Part shown: in pieces, positions 24,495 through 36,332 of the stretch
How the letters are laid out: the number at the start of each line of letters is the position of its first letter
Position numbering within the stretch: position 1 is the stretch's first letter
Origin: Reclinomonas americana ATCC 50394
Lineage: Eukaryota
Direction: 5' to 3'
Assembly (NCBI GenBank): GCA_048213135.1
Contig: PS015419.1
Coordinates: forward strand, 1 to 36,332
Length of the DNA stretch: 36,332 nucleotides
Position numbers and translations under genes: made by a program
The notes under the pieces: model-generated
Database searches by the model: none
What the model saw: the letters and a program-made list of their open reading frames with translations, nothing else
What the model was told of the DNA's origin: nothing

Positions 24495-25639
24495 TTCTCT
24501 CACTCACTCACTCACTCACTCACCATCCAGTCAATGGTGAACGCGCAGTGCACCGCCAGCGGGCTGTACAGCTGCACGCCGTCGCAACTGGTACTGCTGG
24601 CCACAAACACACTCTGCGCGCAGCCGGACTGGGAAAGAGGGCGCACATAGTGCGCCGCATCGACACAGGAGGTGGTCGGCAGAAACTCAAACTGCTGCTG
24701 TGCGGCGGTCTGCTGGATAGTGGCGGCGAACAGATCACAATTGCCGACATTGCGGCACGGCTGCTGGTCCACGCTGCTGCCGCCAAAGTCGACAAGGTCG
24801 AGCACCACAAACATCTGCAACCCCCGCAGCGATCAACGAGTGGCGCACGCAGTGCGACGAAGCAACGAAGCAACGAAACTGCCGGCAACTCGCCGCTCGG
24901 ACCAAGAGCGAGACGGATCGGCACCGTCAATGTGGTCTGCATGCGATCCACGGGGCCGACCCAGTCCGACTGCAGCTGCCGAGGGTCCGGCAGAAAGTCC
25001 ACAAACTCCAGCGCCATCAACTGCAGTCGCTTGCACGGTGCCGGCTCGCCGACCTCCACCGGCTGCGTCGCCATTCGTGAGGAACAGGCCCTCCGCTGCG
25101 CCAAGACAAGAACGCAACTCGATACGAGAAGCCCGACGGACACGTTCCATCCACATACAACGTGGTCGCAAACGCCACACGCAGCGCCAAGGTATCCGTA
25201 TACACCGCCTCCGACAGATTCACCAACGACGCCACTCGCATCGTCAACAGAAAGTACTCTCGTGTCTCCGGAAACGCAATCGTCTGCCCGCTGGCATACG
25301 GCTAAAACAACCAAAGCGATATAAGCTATACACTTGAGTCAGTGATCACCGGCAATGGATGAGGATACAAACCTGACTCGGACCCGACAGCGACCAGAAC
25401 GGGATGAGAAAGTATGGAACTCCCAGTACCATGGCTGCCACGCCCAACACCACCAGCAGCACAAACACCAGCTTGCTTCCGTCCTCCACGCACGAGCAAC
25501 ACTTGCGACTCCACGCGGACTTCTCACCTCTCTCATCGCCACCGACATTGTCGTCTGTGTCATCAGTGAATAGCAAGAGTGGCTGCTGCTGCTGTGACTG
25601 TGACTGTGACTGCGAGAAGTCGTCGCCACCTTGGCGCAT
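22579..25639 (-). CDS. Uncharacterised multipass membrane protein (~11 exons)
   Basis: In-frame spliced exons with hydrophobic segments LVFVLLVVLGVAAMVLGVPYFLIPFW; LWTYGFVLLALVFFSWLFAAMWL; LAYLVCFVTAIDVALLSAFIMNIFLV; WIPPLLLALYMTSIVAVVILPMLPFC. There is a Cys-containing luminal loop. No family recognised. Confidence 0.65.
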
Positions 25640-25723
25640 GTGCAACAAGTGATTTGTGAGTGAGTGGATCTCGTTCAACGAACGGACTTTTGTCTAGTCT
25701 GCGTGAGTCGTGTGTGAGGGGAG

Positions 25724-25829
25724 ATGGCTGCTCCGACGGCCAACGGCACTGACCCGTTCTATGTGGTGCAAGAGTTGCGTGTGTGTCTCTCGCTGAGTGT
25801 GTGACGTGTGTCTCTCACGCTCTCTTGTT

Positions 25830-25860
<31 letters not shown>

Positions 25861-27139
25861 CACAGGGAGGTGAAGAAGCAGCTGGAGTCCATGCGTGTGC
25901 TCTACGATCAGCTGCGTGAGGTGTACAAGCCCAAGCAGGCGCAACAGGGACCAGACTTTGAGCAATTGCGCAGTGAGCTGCGGTCAGTCGACTTTACACA
26001 CACACTCACACTCACACACGCTCACACACGCACACACTGAGACACGCACGCACACACACGCATTCCACTCTCCATGTGTGATGATTGTGCATTTTTATCT
26101 GGTGCATTGATTGCACACACAAGTGTCACTCACTCAGTCATAACACAGTGAGTTGGTCGACGATGTGCTGTGGAGCACTGGAGAGCTGTCGAAGACTGTG
26201 AAAGCCGTGGAGAGGTTCCGCAGCAAGCACCCGGGAGTCACAGACGCTGAGCTGCGGAGACGACGAGGTGCGACAAGGGAGAGAGAGGGAAGGAGAGCGC
26301 TCTCTCTCGCGCGCGCGTGGAGGGCTCACTCTGCTGTGTGTATGTGTCTGTGCGTATGTGCTTGGGGGAGTAGAATTCATTGCGGACTCTGAGCGCGAGA
26401 CGAATGGAGTGCGCGACTTTATCAACAACCCGTCGGTGTCGCTGGTGACCTCGGCACGCGATGCCAAGATGTCGCTGCGTGGCGAGACTCCATCGCCCGA
26501 CAGTCAGAGCCGCGCATCGTCGATGCGCTTTGAGAAGGCGCGACAGGAGATGGAGCAGGATACGCAGCGCTTGTTGGATAATGAGCGCATGATGCGAGAG
26601 GTGTGTGCGACGGAAACGCAGCAGCAATATGTGATGAGTGCGGGAGCTCATGCTCGATGTCTGCGCACACAGGTGCGGTATGAGCACCAGGATGCCAAGG
26701 TGTCGGAGATTGGCAAGCAGGTGGCCCGTGCAAGGGAGATTGGTGTGGAGATGGGCACGGTGATCGACAGGCAGAATGCGTTGCGTTTCATTCATGGAAG
26801 AGCGAGTCGTGTCGCGCACCCCCTCACCCCAGTCACTGGCACAGTGAACTGCGCGAGCTGGAACACAAGACAGGTTTGCTGTTCGTTGGCGCACCGTGTT
26901 GCCTTGTTGTGTGCTGAGTCCTTATTCCGCAGACGAGACCAACTCCAAGTTGAAAAACGGCATTCGCAAGCTGCAGGAACTCTTGCGGAACTCGAGCGGT
27001 TCGTCGCCGCCTCTTTATGTACACACGCACACGATGCCTCACATCGCTTTGCTTCCCTCCCACAGACCGCAAGAAGCTGTGCACGATTTGCATTCTCATT
27101 GTGATTCTAGTCGTTCTTGTCTCGCTAATCTTTGCCTAA
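25724..27139 (+). CDS. STX6: Syntaxin-6 / Tlg1 / SYP6-type Qc-SNARE (8 exons)
   Basis: N-terminal DPFYVVQEEV and ELRRRREFI (Syntaxin-6_N). SNARE motif QDAKVSEIGKQVARAREIGVEMGTVIDRQNAELRELEHKTDETNSKL with a central Q. C-terminal TM ICILIVILVVLVSLIFA. Confidence 0.88.
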
Positions 27140-27317
27140 AGAGCGGAAAACGGACAGCGCACAATAAGCAACAGACAGAGAAAGTGTGTGTGTGTGGGGT
27201 GGAAGGGGCGACAGTGACGATGATTGTCGTCTGCAGGAAACGAAGATGAGAAGTGAACGAAATTTGAACGTGTTTTTACGCCTTTTGCTGTGTGTCTGTG
27301 TGTGAGAGAGAGAGAGA

Positions 27318-28645
27318 ATGACTGGAGTGGTGCCCTCACAGGCGCCCAACTTCCTCGACCGCTTTCTTGAGAGTTCCGCGCGCGCGTCGCAGATGCAGAG
27401 GGGTTTCCCGCGCGCACTCACTCACACACACTTCCCCTGTGCGCAGATGTGCTCTACTTGCCCTCCGACCTGCACAAGACACTGGTGAGAGAGAGAGACG
27501 CACACACACGCAGAGTGNNNNNNNNNNNNNNNNNNNNNNNNNNNNNNNNNNNNNNNNNNNNNNNNNNNNNNNNNNNNNNNNNNNNNNNNNNNNNNNNNNN
27601 NNNNNNNNNNNNNNNNNNNNNNNNNNNNNNNNNNNNNNNNNNNNNNNNNNNNNNNNNNNNNNNNNNNNNNNNNNNNNNNNNNNNNNNNNNNNNNNNNNNN
27701 NNNNNNNNNNNNNNNNNNNNNNNNNNNNNNNNNNNNNNNNNNNNNNNNNNNNNNNNNNNNNNNNNNNNNNNNNNNNNNNNNNNNNNNNNNNNNNNNNNNN
27801 NNNNNNNNNNNNNNNNNNNNNNNNNNNNNNNNNNNNNNNNNNNNNNNNNNNNNNNNNNNNNNNNNNNNNNNNNNNNNNNNNNNNNNNNNNNNNNNNNNNN
27901 NNNNNNNNNNNNNNNNNNNNNNNNNNNNNNNNNNNNNNNNNNNNNNNNNNNNNNNNNNNNNNNNNNNNNNNNNNNNNNNNNNNNNNNNNNNNNNNNNNNN
28001 NNNNNNNNNNNNNNNNNNNNNNNNNNNNNNNNNNNNNNNNNNNNNNNNNNNNNNNNNNNNNNNNNNNNNNNNNNNNNNNNNNNNNNNNNNNNNNNNNNNN
28101 NNNNNNNNNNNNNNNNNNNAGTACAGGCCAATCAGTACATGCACATGCTGGACACGGATCTGGAGGAGTTTGAGCGGGAACTGGCGGCGGAGGGAGTCAC
28201 CGAGTCGCATGGGGAGACCGGATCGGAGCGTACGTCGATTCAGAGGACGGCCACGGCCACGGGAGGTGGGCGATCGGGAGCGCGCTTGCCGGCGCCGGCT
28301 ATCCCGGGCACAGCGGTGATGGTCGGACCGGGGAACTATGCCATGTGCGTTGCTGGCTGTCTTTTTGTTTCTCGTTTGCTTGCGATCCTGACGAGTGGGG
28401 GTTGCAGACCGCCATCGGCTGATGTGGCGCCGGAGGAGCAGGCGCGGTTTTGCATTTGCCAGTCGACGGGTCGTGGGCCGATGGTGGCGTGCGACAACAA
28501 ACATGTTGCGTTTGGGGGGGCGAGAATCGGGGAAGTGTGTATGGGGGGAATGCTGAAATGTCATTGTTGCAGTGCCGCTTCGAGTGGTTCCATTTGCAAT
28601 GCGTCGGACTCACCGAGGAGCCGAAGGAGGCGTGGGAGTGTCCAA
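27318..28645 (+). CDS. Inhibitor of growth (ING) family PHD-finger protein, partial (spans a gap; last exon not resolved)
   Basis: N-terminal FLDRFLENVLYLPSDLHKTL, then LDTDLEEFEREL (ING coiled domain). PHD finger FCICQSTGRGPMVACDNKHCRFEWFHLQCVGLTEEPKEAWECP. Confidence 0.85.
27518..28119. other. Assembly gap (N run)
   Basis: Ns. Confidence 1.
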
Positions 28646-28762
28646 GTGAGTGGATGGGGGGAGGGAGGGAGGAGAGGGAAAAGAGGGGGGAGCGGGAAAG
28701 GAGAGAAAGAAGGGGCGTGGGCGAAGTGTGTGAGAGAGATGAGAGGGAGGCACTGAGGAGAG

Positions 28763-28806
<44 letters not shown>

Positions 28807-28829
28807 AGAGTGTGAGACAAAGAGAAGAA

Positions 28830-28849
28830 NNNNNNNNNNNNNNNNNNNN
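28830..28849. other. Assembly gap (N run) after a (GA)n tract
   Basis: Ns. Confidence 1.
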
Positions 28850-28873
28850 GACGGCGACGAGTCGCGGGCCGAG

Positions 28874-31469
28874 TTATGGCTTGCTGCTGGCGGCGTCGCG
28901 ATCGGCGGCATTCGACGACGACGACGACTTGGGCCGCGTCGCGTAGTAGGCCAAGCCGGCGAGGCCAATGACGGCCACGGTGCCGAGTGCCACCGCGAGA
29001 ATGTTGGTCGAGTCCCATGGACGCTCGCCGCTCACCTGTTTGTGGTCGACATGCATCAGCGTATAGTTATTCAGCAAGGAGAAGCGGCACGCAAAAACGG
29101 CACCTGGCCGGTGACGGCGTCCACCATGAAATGGTAGTCCTTCCCGTTGAACCTGTGAATGGATGAGCAACGAGGGGAAAGGAAAAGAAAAAAAGCGGTT
29201 GTGACGACGACACACTTGTATGTGCCATAGTAGACGGGAGTGTAGACGAGAGCGTAGCCATTGTCGACGATGTCGAGGCTGGTGCGCCACCTGGGTGAGC
29301 ACAGACGGAGCACATCGAGAGAGAGACAGGATCAATGGAGATTTCGCAACTCTACGCGGTTGCTGTGCCAGGTGAACGGCGCGTTGCCGAAGCGGTTGCG
29401 CACATTCTTCTGTGACTCGGCTTGCAGCAACTCGCGGATGTGTGGGAAGGCCTGCAGTGTGTAGCAAGGGGGGTCAAAGGGAGGGGGGAGGAGGGGAGCG
29501 AAGGCAAAGGCAAAGTCGCCGTCGTATCAATTTGCTTCCCACGCTTCTTGGCTTCTCTCTAAGCTGTCGATCGAATGGCAAGTCGCTGTCTGTTGCCACA
29601 CTGCTCATTCTTTTGTCTCCCTCTCTCGGCTGCGATATCATATCACCTCGAAGTCTGCTGTCCCCGCTCGTGTCTATTGCTTCCCTCTCAGGTGTCGCTT
29701 CCTCCGCTCTAACCTCTTTGTCCCCCTCTCATAGTTGCGAAAGTACAGGCCACGACGCAGCCCACTGTTCCCTTTCCTTGATGTTGGCTGCCCCTGCACA
29801 CTTTCAACTCGTTTCTCTCTCGCTCTCCTACCTCTCTCTTCCCACTGGCACACTTGCAACGAGTCTTTTGCGATGTATCACCTTGTTATCGTGGATGGAT
29901 AGCAAGTCGGTCAGCCGAATGCCAGCTCCGTCTGCAATGAGCGTTGAGTCTTCAGTGCCTGACAATCTCAACAACACGCAGCACAACGCAACATGACTGC
30001 GACTGCACCGCTTCCAGCGTGCGCTTGTCCAGCTCGTCGAATCCCTGCGACTGCAGGTGACGGCGCAGCACATCGCGCACATTGATGCTGGCCGGTTGCC
30101 ACTCCTGCACGACAACAACAACAACATTGACTGCTCTGCCAACACCGCTCAGCAGCAGCAGTGACTGCAATGCCCACCTTCATGGAGATCGCCAGCGGAC
30201 GGCCCACCATGTTGTAGAACGCGGCACCACTGCCACACATATATGTAAGCGAAGCACACACAAACACACACCAACACAACACGCACTCAAGCAGATCCTC
30301 GAACTGGTAATCCGAGTGCGGCACCCACGATCCACAGTACGCACGCGTGGCAATGACCAGAGGCGGATTGCTGCCGGTCTCCGACAGCAGCAGAGGAGCC
30401 ACATTGCTGTTGTTTCCGCCCTGCGCCTGCTGCGGCACGCCCACCGAGCTGACGTAGTTCCTGTGGCAGATAGCTTCGTCAACAAAAGGGCGGCGATAGC
30501 GATGATAACGAAGACAACGCAACGATCGCACAAAGTGAATGAACTGGTACGATGGGCTGCAGGGAGGTGAGTGAGGTGAGGGAGCGGAGCAGTGCTGGGG
30601 CAGAGAGGTCGACGCAACATGTAGGTGCGCTGCAGGGATACTGTGTTGGCCACAGCGCGACTGAAGCCTGTGGATGGAGAGGAAGGAGGAGAGAATGAGA
30701 GGGTGAGCGAGCAAGAACAAGCAAGGAGAATGGCGAGGAGAAGAAGAAAACAAGAAGAAGAGAAGGACGACAAGGAGGAGAACGTGAAAAAGGAGGAGGA
30801 GGAGGAGGAAGACGAAGACGACGAGGCGAAGAAGGAGGAGAAGGAGAACAACAACAACAACAAGAAGACAAAGAAAAAGGCTCAGACAAACAAGGAAAAG
30901 AAGAAGAAGAAAGAGAGGGAGAGGGAAGGAAAGAATGAGAGGGTGAGTAAGCAGGAACAAGCAAGAAGAAGAACAATAAGAATGAGGACGAGGAAGAGGA
31001 GAAGGGGGAGGTGCACGAGGAAGAAATTTGACAGCAAGAAGGAGAAAGAAGAACAAGAACAAGAACAACAAGAATGAGGACGAGGAGAGGGAAGGAGAGA
31101 CAGACATAGAGAGAAAGGGTGAAGGACGGGAGCACGGGAAGAGAGCAAAGAGCAGAGTGGAAGGCAGTAAGATTCAGAGAGACTCAGAGTGATCAATGCA
31201 TGCATGCACCTTGCGGAGTGAACCACAGACTCTCCGCCCATCGACGCAGTGTCATTGGCGCCTCCAGCTCCGTCTGCATGCCACGAACGCGGGCAAAGGC
31301 ACCAGTGTAGGCGCGAACACTGTGAGAGAGAGTGAGAGTGAGAGTGAGAAAGAGTGAGAGAGAAAGAAGGGCATCTGCTGTGACGCAACGCCTCAAACGA
31401 CATGCCCGCAGTGGAGAAGGTCTCCTGGCTGGGTCGCTTGTTGCGATTGGCATTGGTGGGCTCCGGCAT
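28874..31469 (-). CDS. Uncharacterised protein with C-terminal TM anchor, resembling a bacterial family with W..SLWFAP / YLP.W / Y...V.GQTG.VSGERP motifs (~12 exons)
   Basis: Spliced motifs LRRWAESLWFTPQGF, TYIPSYQF and VYTPVYYGTYKFNGKDYHFMVDAVTGQVSGERPW, followed by TM ILAVALGTVAVIGLAGLAYY. The family assignment is from memory of motifs only. Confidence 0.7.
30680..31140. repeat. Purine-rich (GAA/GAG/CAA) low-complexity tract with an internal ~60-bp imperfect repeat, inside an intron
   Basis: gagaatgagagggtgagcgagcaagaacaagcaag at ~30691 recurs as aagaatgagagggtgagtaagcaggaacaagcaag at ~30931. Confidence 0.75.
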
Positions 31470-32075
31470 TCGTTCTTGCAGAACAACGAAACGATGAGTT
31501 GTCCTCCACGTCCTTGTTCTTTGGACCGACGGCGGTGGCCCTAAGTGCTGTTACGGACGTGTGTATACACAGGAACTATCAGCAGGTCCATGCCTGAGAA
31601 AACACAGGAAGATTGCTTCGATATTCTTGCAGCTGTCCCCACCTTCGCATCCCTTCGACCTGTGCTTCCCATTCCCCCTGCTGCGATGTTCAGGCGAACA
31701 GGAATGGATCTGCAACAGCCTTGCTCTCCACTCTCGAAGGCACGTCAGCAGCCGGATCGAAGTCCTTTGCTTTTTGGACGATTTTCTCTGATGTGCTTCT
31801 CATTCCCTTCGCTGCGCTCGAGCTCCTTGCTGCAGCTTGATCGCTTGCCTCCGAATTCCTTTGCTCTCTCTCCCCCTTCCCCTTCCCCCTTCCCCCTCCC
31901 GACTCAAGTAAACAAGCTCCATCCTTTTTCATTACAACAACCATTCTCTACGCGATCGAGAACCAACAACAGGCCCCGAGCTAATAACCGACACAGTAAA
32001 ACAAATCATTAAGTTAACAGCGCGCGCGCAAACCCGGCGTGCGTGTATACAGAGTACAACAAGGCAAGAGTTTTT

Positions 32076-33222
32076 TCAGAAGCCAGCGCCCCAGTTGGCC
32101 AGCATAGCCAGTGGTGACGCGTCGGCCGACGACGCCGACATGGTGAGCGAGGCGCCAAAGTCAAAGATCGACTGTGGTGGCGGCGGCATCATCATCATCA
32201 TCGACGACGACGACGAGGAGGAGCCGGCCACAATCGGAGCCGCCGTGGGCGACACCTCGGCAAAGTGCACCTGCGACGGGTGCAACCAGTACGCGTGCAA
32301 GTGCTGCGCCACAGACTCGGGCGACGCCGGTGGCCGTGCCACCGCCTGCTGCGGCTTCTGCTGCTGGCAATCCATGGGCATCGCAAACGACAGCATTGGT
32401 GGCGGTGCGACCACGCGCAGGCCTGCCATGACCGTCTCCGAACGACGGCGCTTCAATGCCGGCTCACCGGCATCGGCATCGGCAATCGACAGGCTCGTCA
32501 TGTACACATCCAGAGGCGCACTCGACGAAGAAGAAGAGGCCTCCTCCAGTCGCGGCGAGATCTCCATGTCATCGGCGTCCATCATCTCCTCATCGCCATC
32601 GTCGCCATCCTGCTCGCGCTGCTGCCGCGCACGCTTGCGCGGGCTCACATGCTGCTCGGCGGCCGCCGCCAGCGCATTCAGCTCACCCATGTTGGGCACG
32701 CGCGCGCACGCCGACGCATACGACAGGTCCAAGTAGTCAAAGTCGTGACGCGCCACTCGCCGACGCAGGTGCGAGTTCCAGCGGTTCTTGATGGTGTTGG
32801 GCGAGCGGCCGGGCAGTGCAGTGGCGAGCACCGCCCACTTGTTGCCGAGGTTGGCGCGCAGCAGCAGCAGCAGCTCGTCCTCGCCGAGGCTCCACGGCTC
32901 CACAGAGAGCGTGGGGTCGAGGTGGTTGCAGAAGCGCTCGCGGCACTGCTTGCCCGAGCGGCCAGTGCCCACCTCGCGCGCAATCAGCGCCCATTGCCCT
33001 TGACCGTGTACTTGCACAGCACTGTATGTGGCAGGTGAATGTGAGTGACTATGTGTGTGCGAGGAGTGAGTGTGAAAAAGATCAGACGCGCAACTTGAGC
33101 AGAGCTGCGTCTTCCTCGTCCGCCCACGCGTGCTTCGCGGTGCCGCTCTTCTGCTGGCGCTTGACATGTTGCTCCAGCTCACGTGAGAGCTGGAGAGAGG
33201 GAACAAGAAGGGAGGCGGCCAT
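32076..33222 (-). CDS. R2R3-type MYB transcription factor (2 exons; intron 33022-33094)
   Basis: AWADEEDAALLNAVQVHGQGQWALIAREVGTGRSGKQCRERFCNHLDP...PWSLGEDELLLLLRANLGNKWAVLATALPGRSPNTIKNRWNSHLRRR, followed by a low-complexity tail with an NLS-like PALKRRRS. Confidence 0.93.
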
Positions 33223-34010
33223 TGTGTGATTGAATGTGGATTTGAAGTGGTCTTCGCTCACTGAGGAGTGTGAATTGTGTTTCGTTGTGGTGTCCGGTTG
33301 TCGACTCGCGCCTTTATGCGCCTGATTTGGGGCGCGTCCGATTTCAAGTTGGGTCGAGAATAGAGTCAACTTGCAGTGCGTGCATGTCGATATCGCCGAC
33401 GACACTTTCCTCGTCGGTCGGTATTGTGTGTGTGTGAGAGAGAGTGTGTGTGAATGGGTGGAGTGAGTGGGTGAGTGTTCGAAAATAGGCGATCGCGCGC
33501 GACGGAGCAATTGTGAATCGCAAACGGGCGAATCGCTGCGCATGCAGAGCCAGTGCATGCAGTGCATGTACCGATCATGTACGTCCCTGTGTGTCTGCAA
33601 GGCAATAGTGCAGAGATCGCGACTGATCGACGATCATGATATAATCACACAATCACGTGAAAAGATCGATCGCTGCACCACCGCCAACGCTCGTGTGCAC
33701 TGTGCATCCACGCTCACACACGCACATGCATGCGCAGAGAGAGAGCACGCGCGCGAGAGAGTGAGAGTGAAAGTGAGTGTGCATTTCGATCTTGACATCA
33801 AGTTGTTATTTATAGCATCGTCATATGCGATCTCCCGACACGCCGGCTCTCGCCGCCCCTCACTCCCCGATCGATCACACAGCACCGGCGCACGCCAGGA
33901 AGCAAAGAAAAAAGGCCGCCGATCGCGCAAAAGAGAGACGGTGACAGATCAGCTCGCGTCACCGAAACTGTCCAGGACCGTTATCAACACAAGAGACAGC
34001 ACAGCAAGCA

Positions 34011-36178
<2,168 letters not shown>

Positions 36179-36332
36179 GTGCGTCCATGCATTCTCATGC
36201 GCTTGTCTTGCTCGTCAAACTCACCTTCTTGTCTCATTGCCCATCCACGTTGCATCGAGCAGAAGTTGCGTTGGAGTTGTCTCTCTTACTGTATTCTTCT
36301 CTGTGCGTCTGCCTCTCTCTCTCTCTCTCTCT

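Noticed and set aside
25361-25368. GTATCCTC on the minus strand resembling a U12 GT-AG donor
   Set aside because: Imperfect match, wrong phase for the acceptor and no U12 branch site. The adjacent cag|GTTTGT donor restores the frame.
30625-31077. 150-aa K/E-rich ORF (+) and Leu/Phe-rich antisense ORFs
   Set aside because: Translation of a low-complexity purine tract within an intron of the minus-strand gene.
31490-32075. ORFs 31545-32012(+) and 31690-31944(-), or a possible ncRNA/snRNA, in the spacer
   Set aside because: No protein motifs and no U1/U6-like or tRNA signature seen. Probably MYB 3' UTR or promoter.
3660-33222. Alternative genetic code or stop readthrough to explain fragmented ORFs
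   Set aside because: In-frame stops fall inside recognisable short introns, and TAA, TAG and TGA all serve as terminal stops.

Overview
Gene-dense, GC-rich, intron-rich eukaryotic genomic DNA. The organism is probably a flagellated protist: it has an outer-arm dynein LC4-like EF-hand gene, Nup210 and a minor-spliceosome intron. There are three assembly gaps and many (GA)/(TC)/(CA) microsatellites. By hand splicing I find 11 genes: a secreted EGF-like/beta-carbonic anhydrase fusion, Cdt1 (plus a decayed partial upstream copy), an L-galactose/D-arabinose dehydrogenase-type aldo-keto reductase, Nup210 (~41 introns), a WD40-FN3-coiled-coil-pseudokinase, an orphan multipass membrane protein, syntaxin-6/Tlg1, an ING PHD protein, a C-terminally anchored protein with bacterial-like motifs, an R2R3-MYB and the LC4-like gene. 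The most striking signal is in splicing. About 31 of ~104 hand-called introns use a second 5' splice-site class, GTT(G/T/C)(C/T)G (mostly GTTGCGT). This is the normal GTGCGT-type donor with one extra T, which puts the conserved G at +6, and it almost never follows an exonic G. The window also has one U12-type AT-AC intron and three probable GC-AG introns. All exon models are hand-derived and not supported by transcript data.
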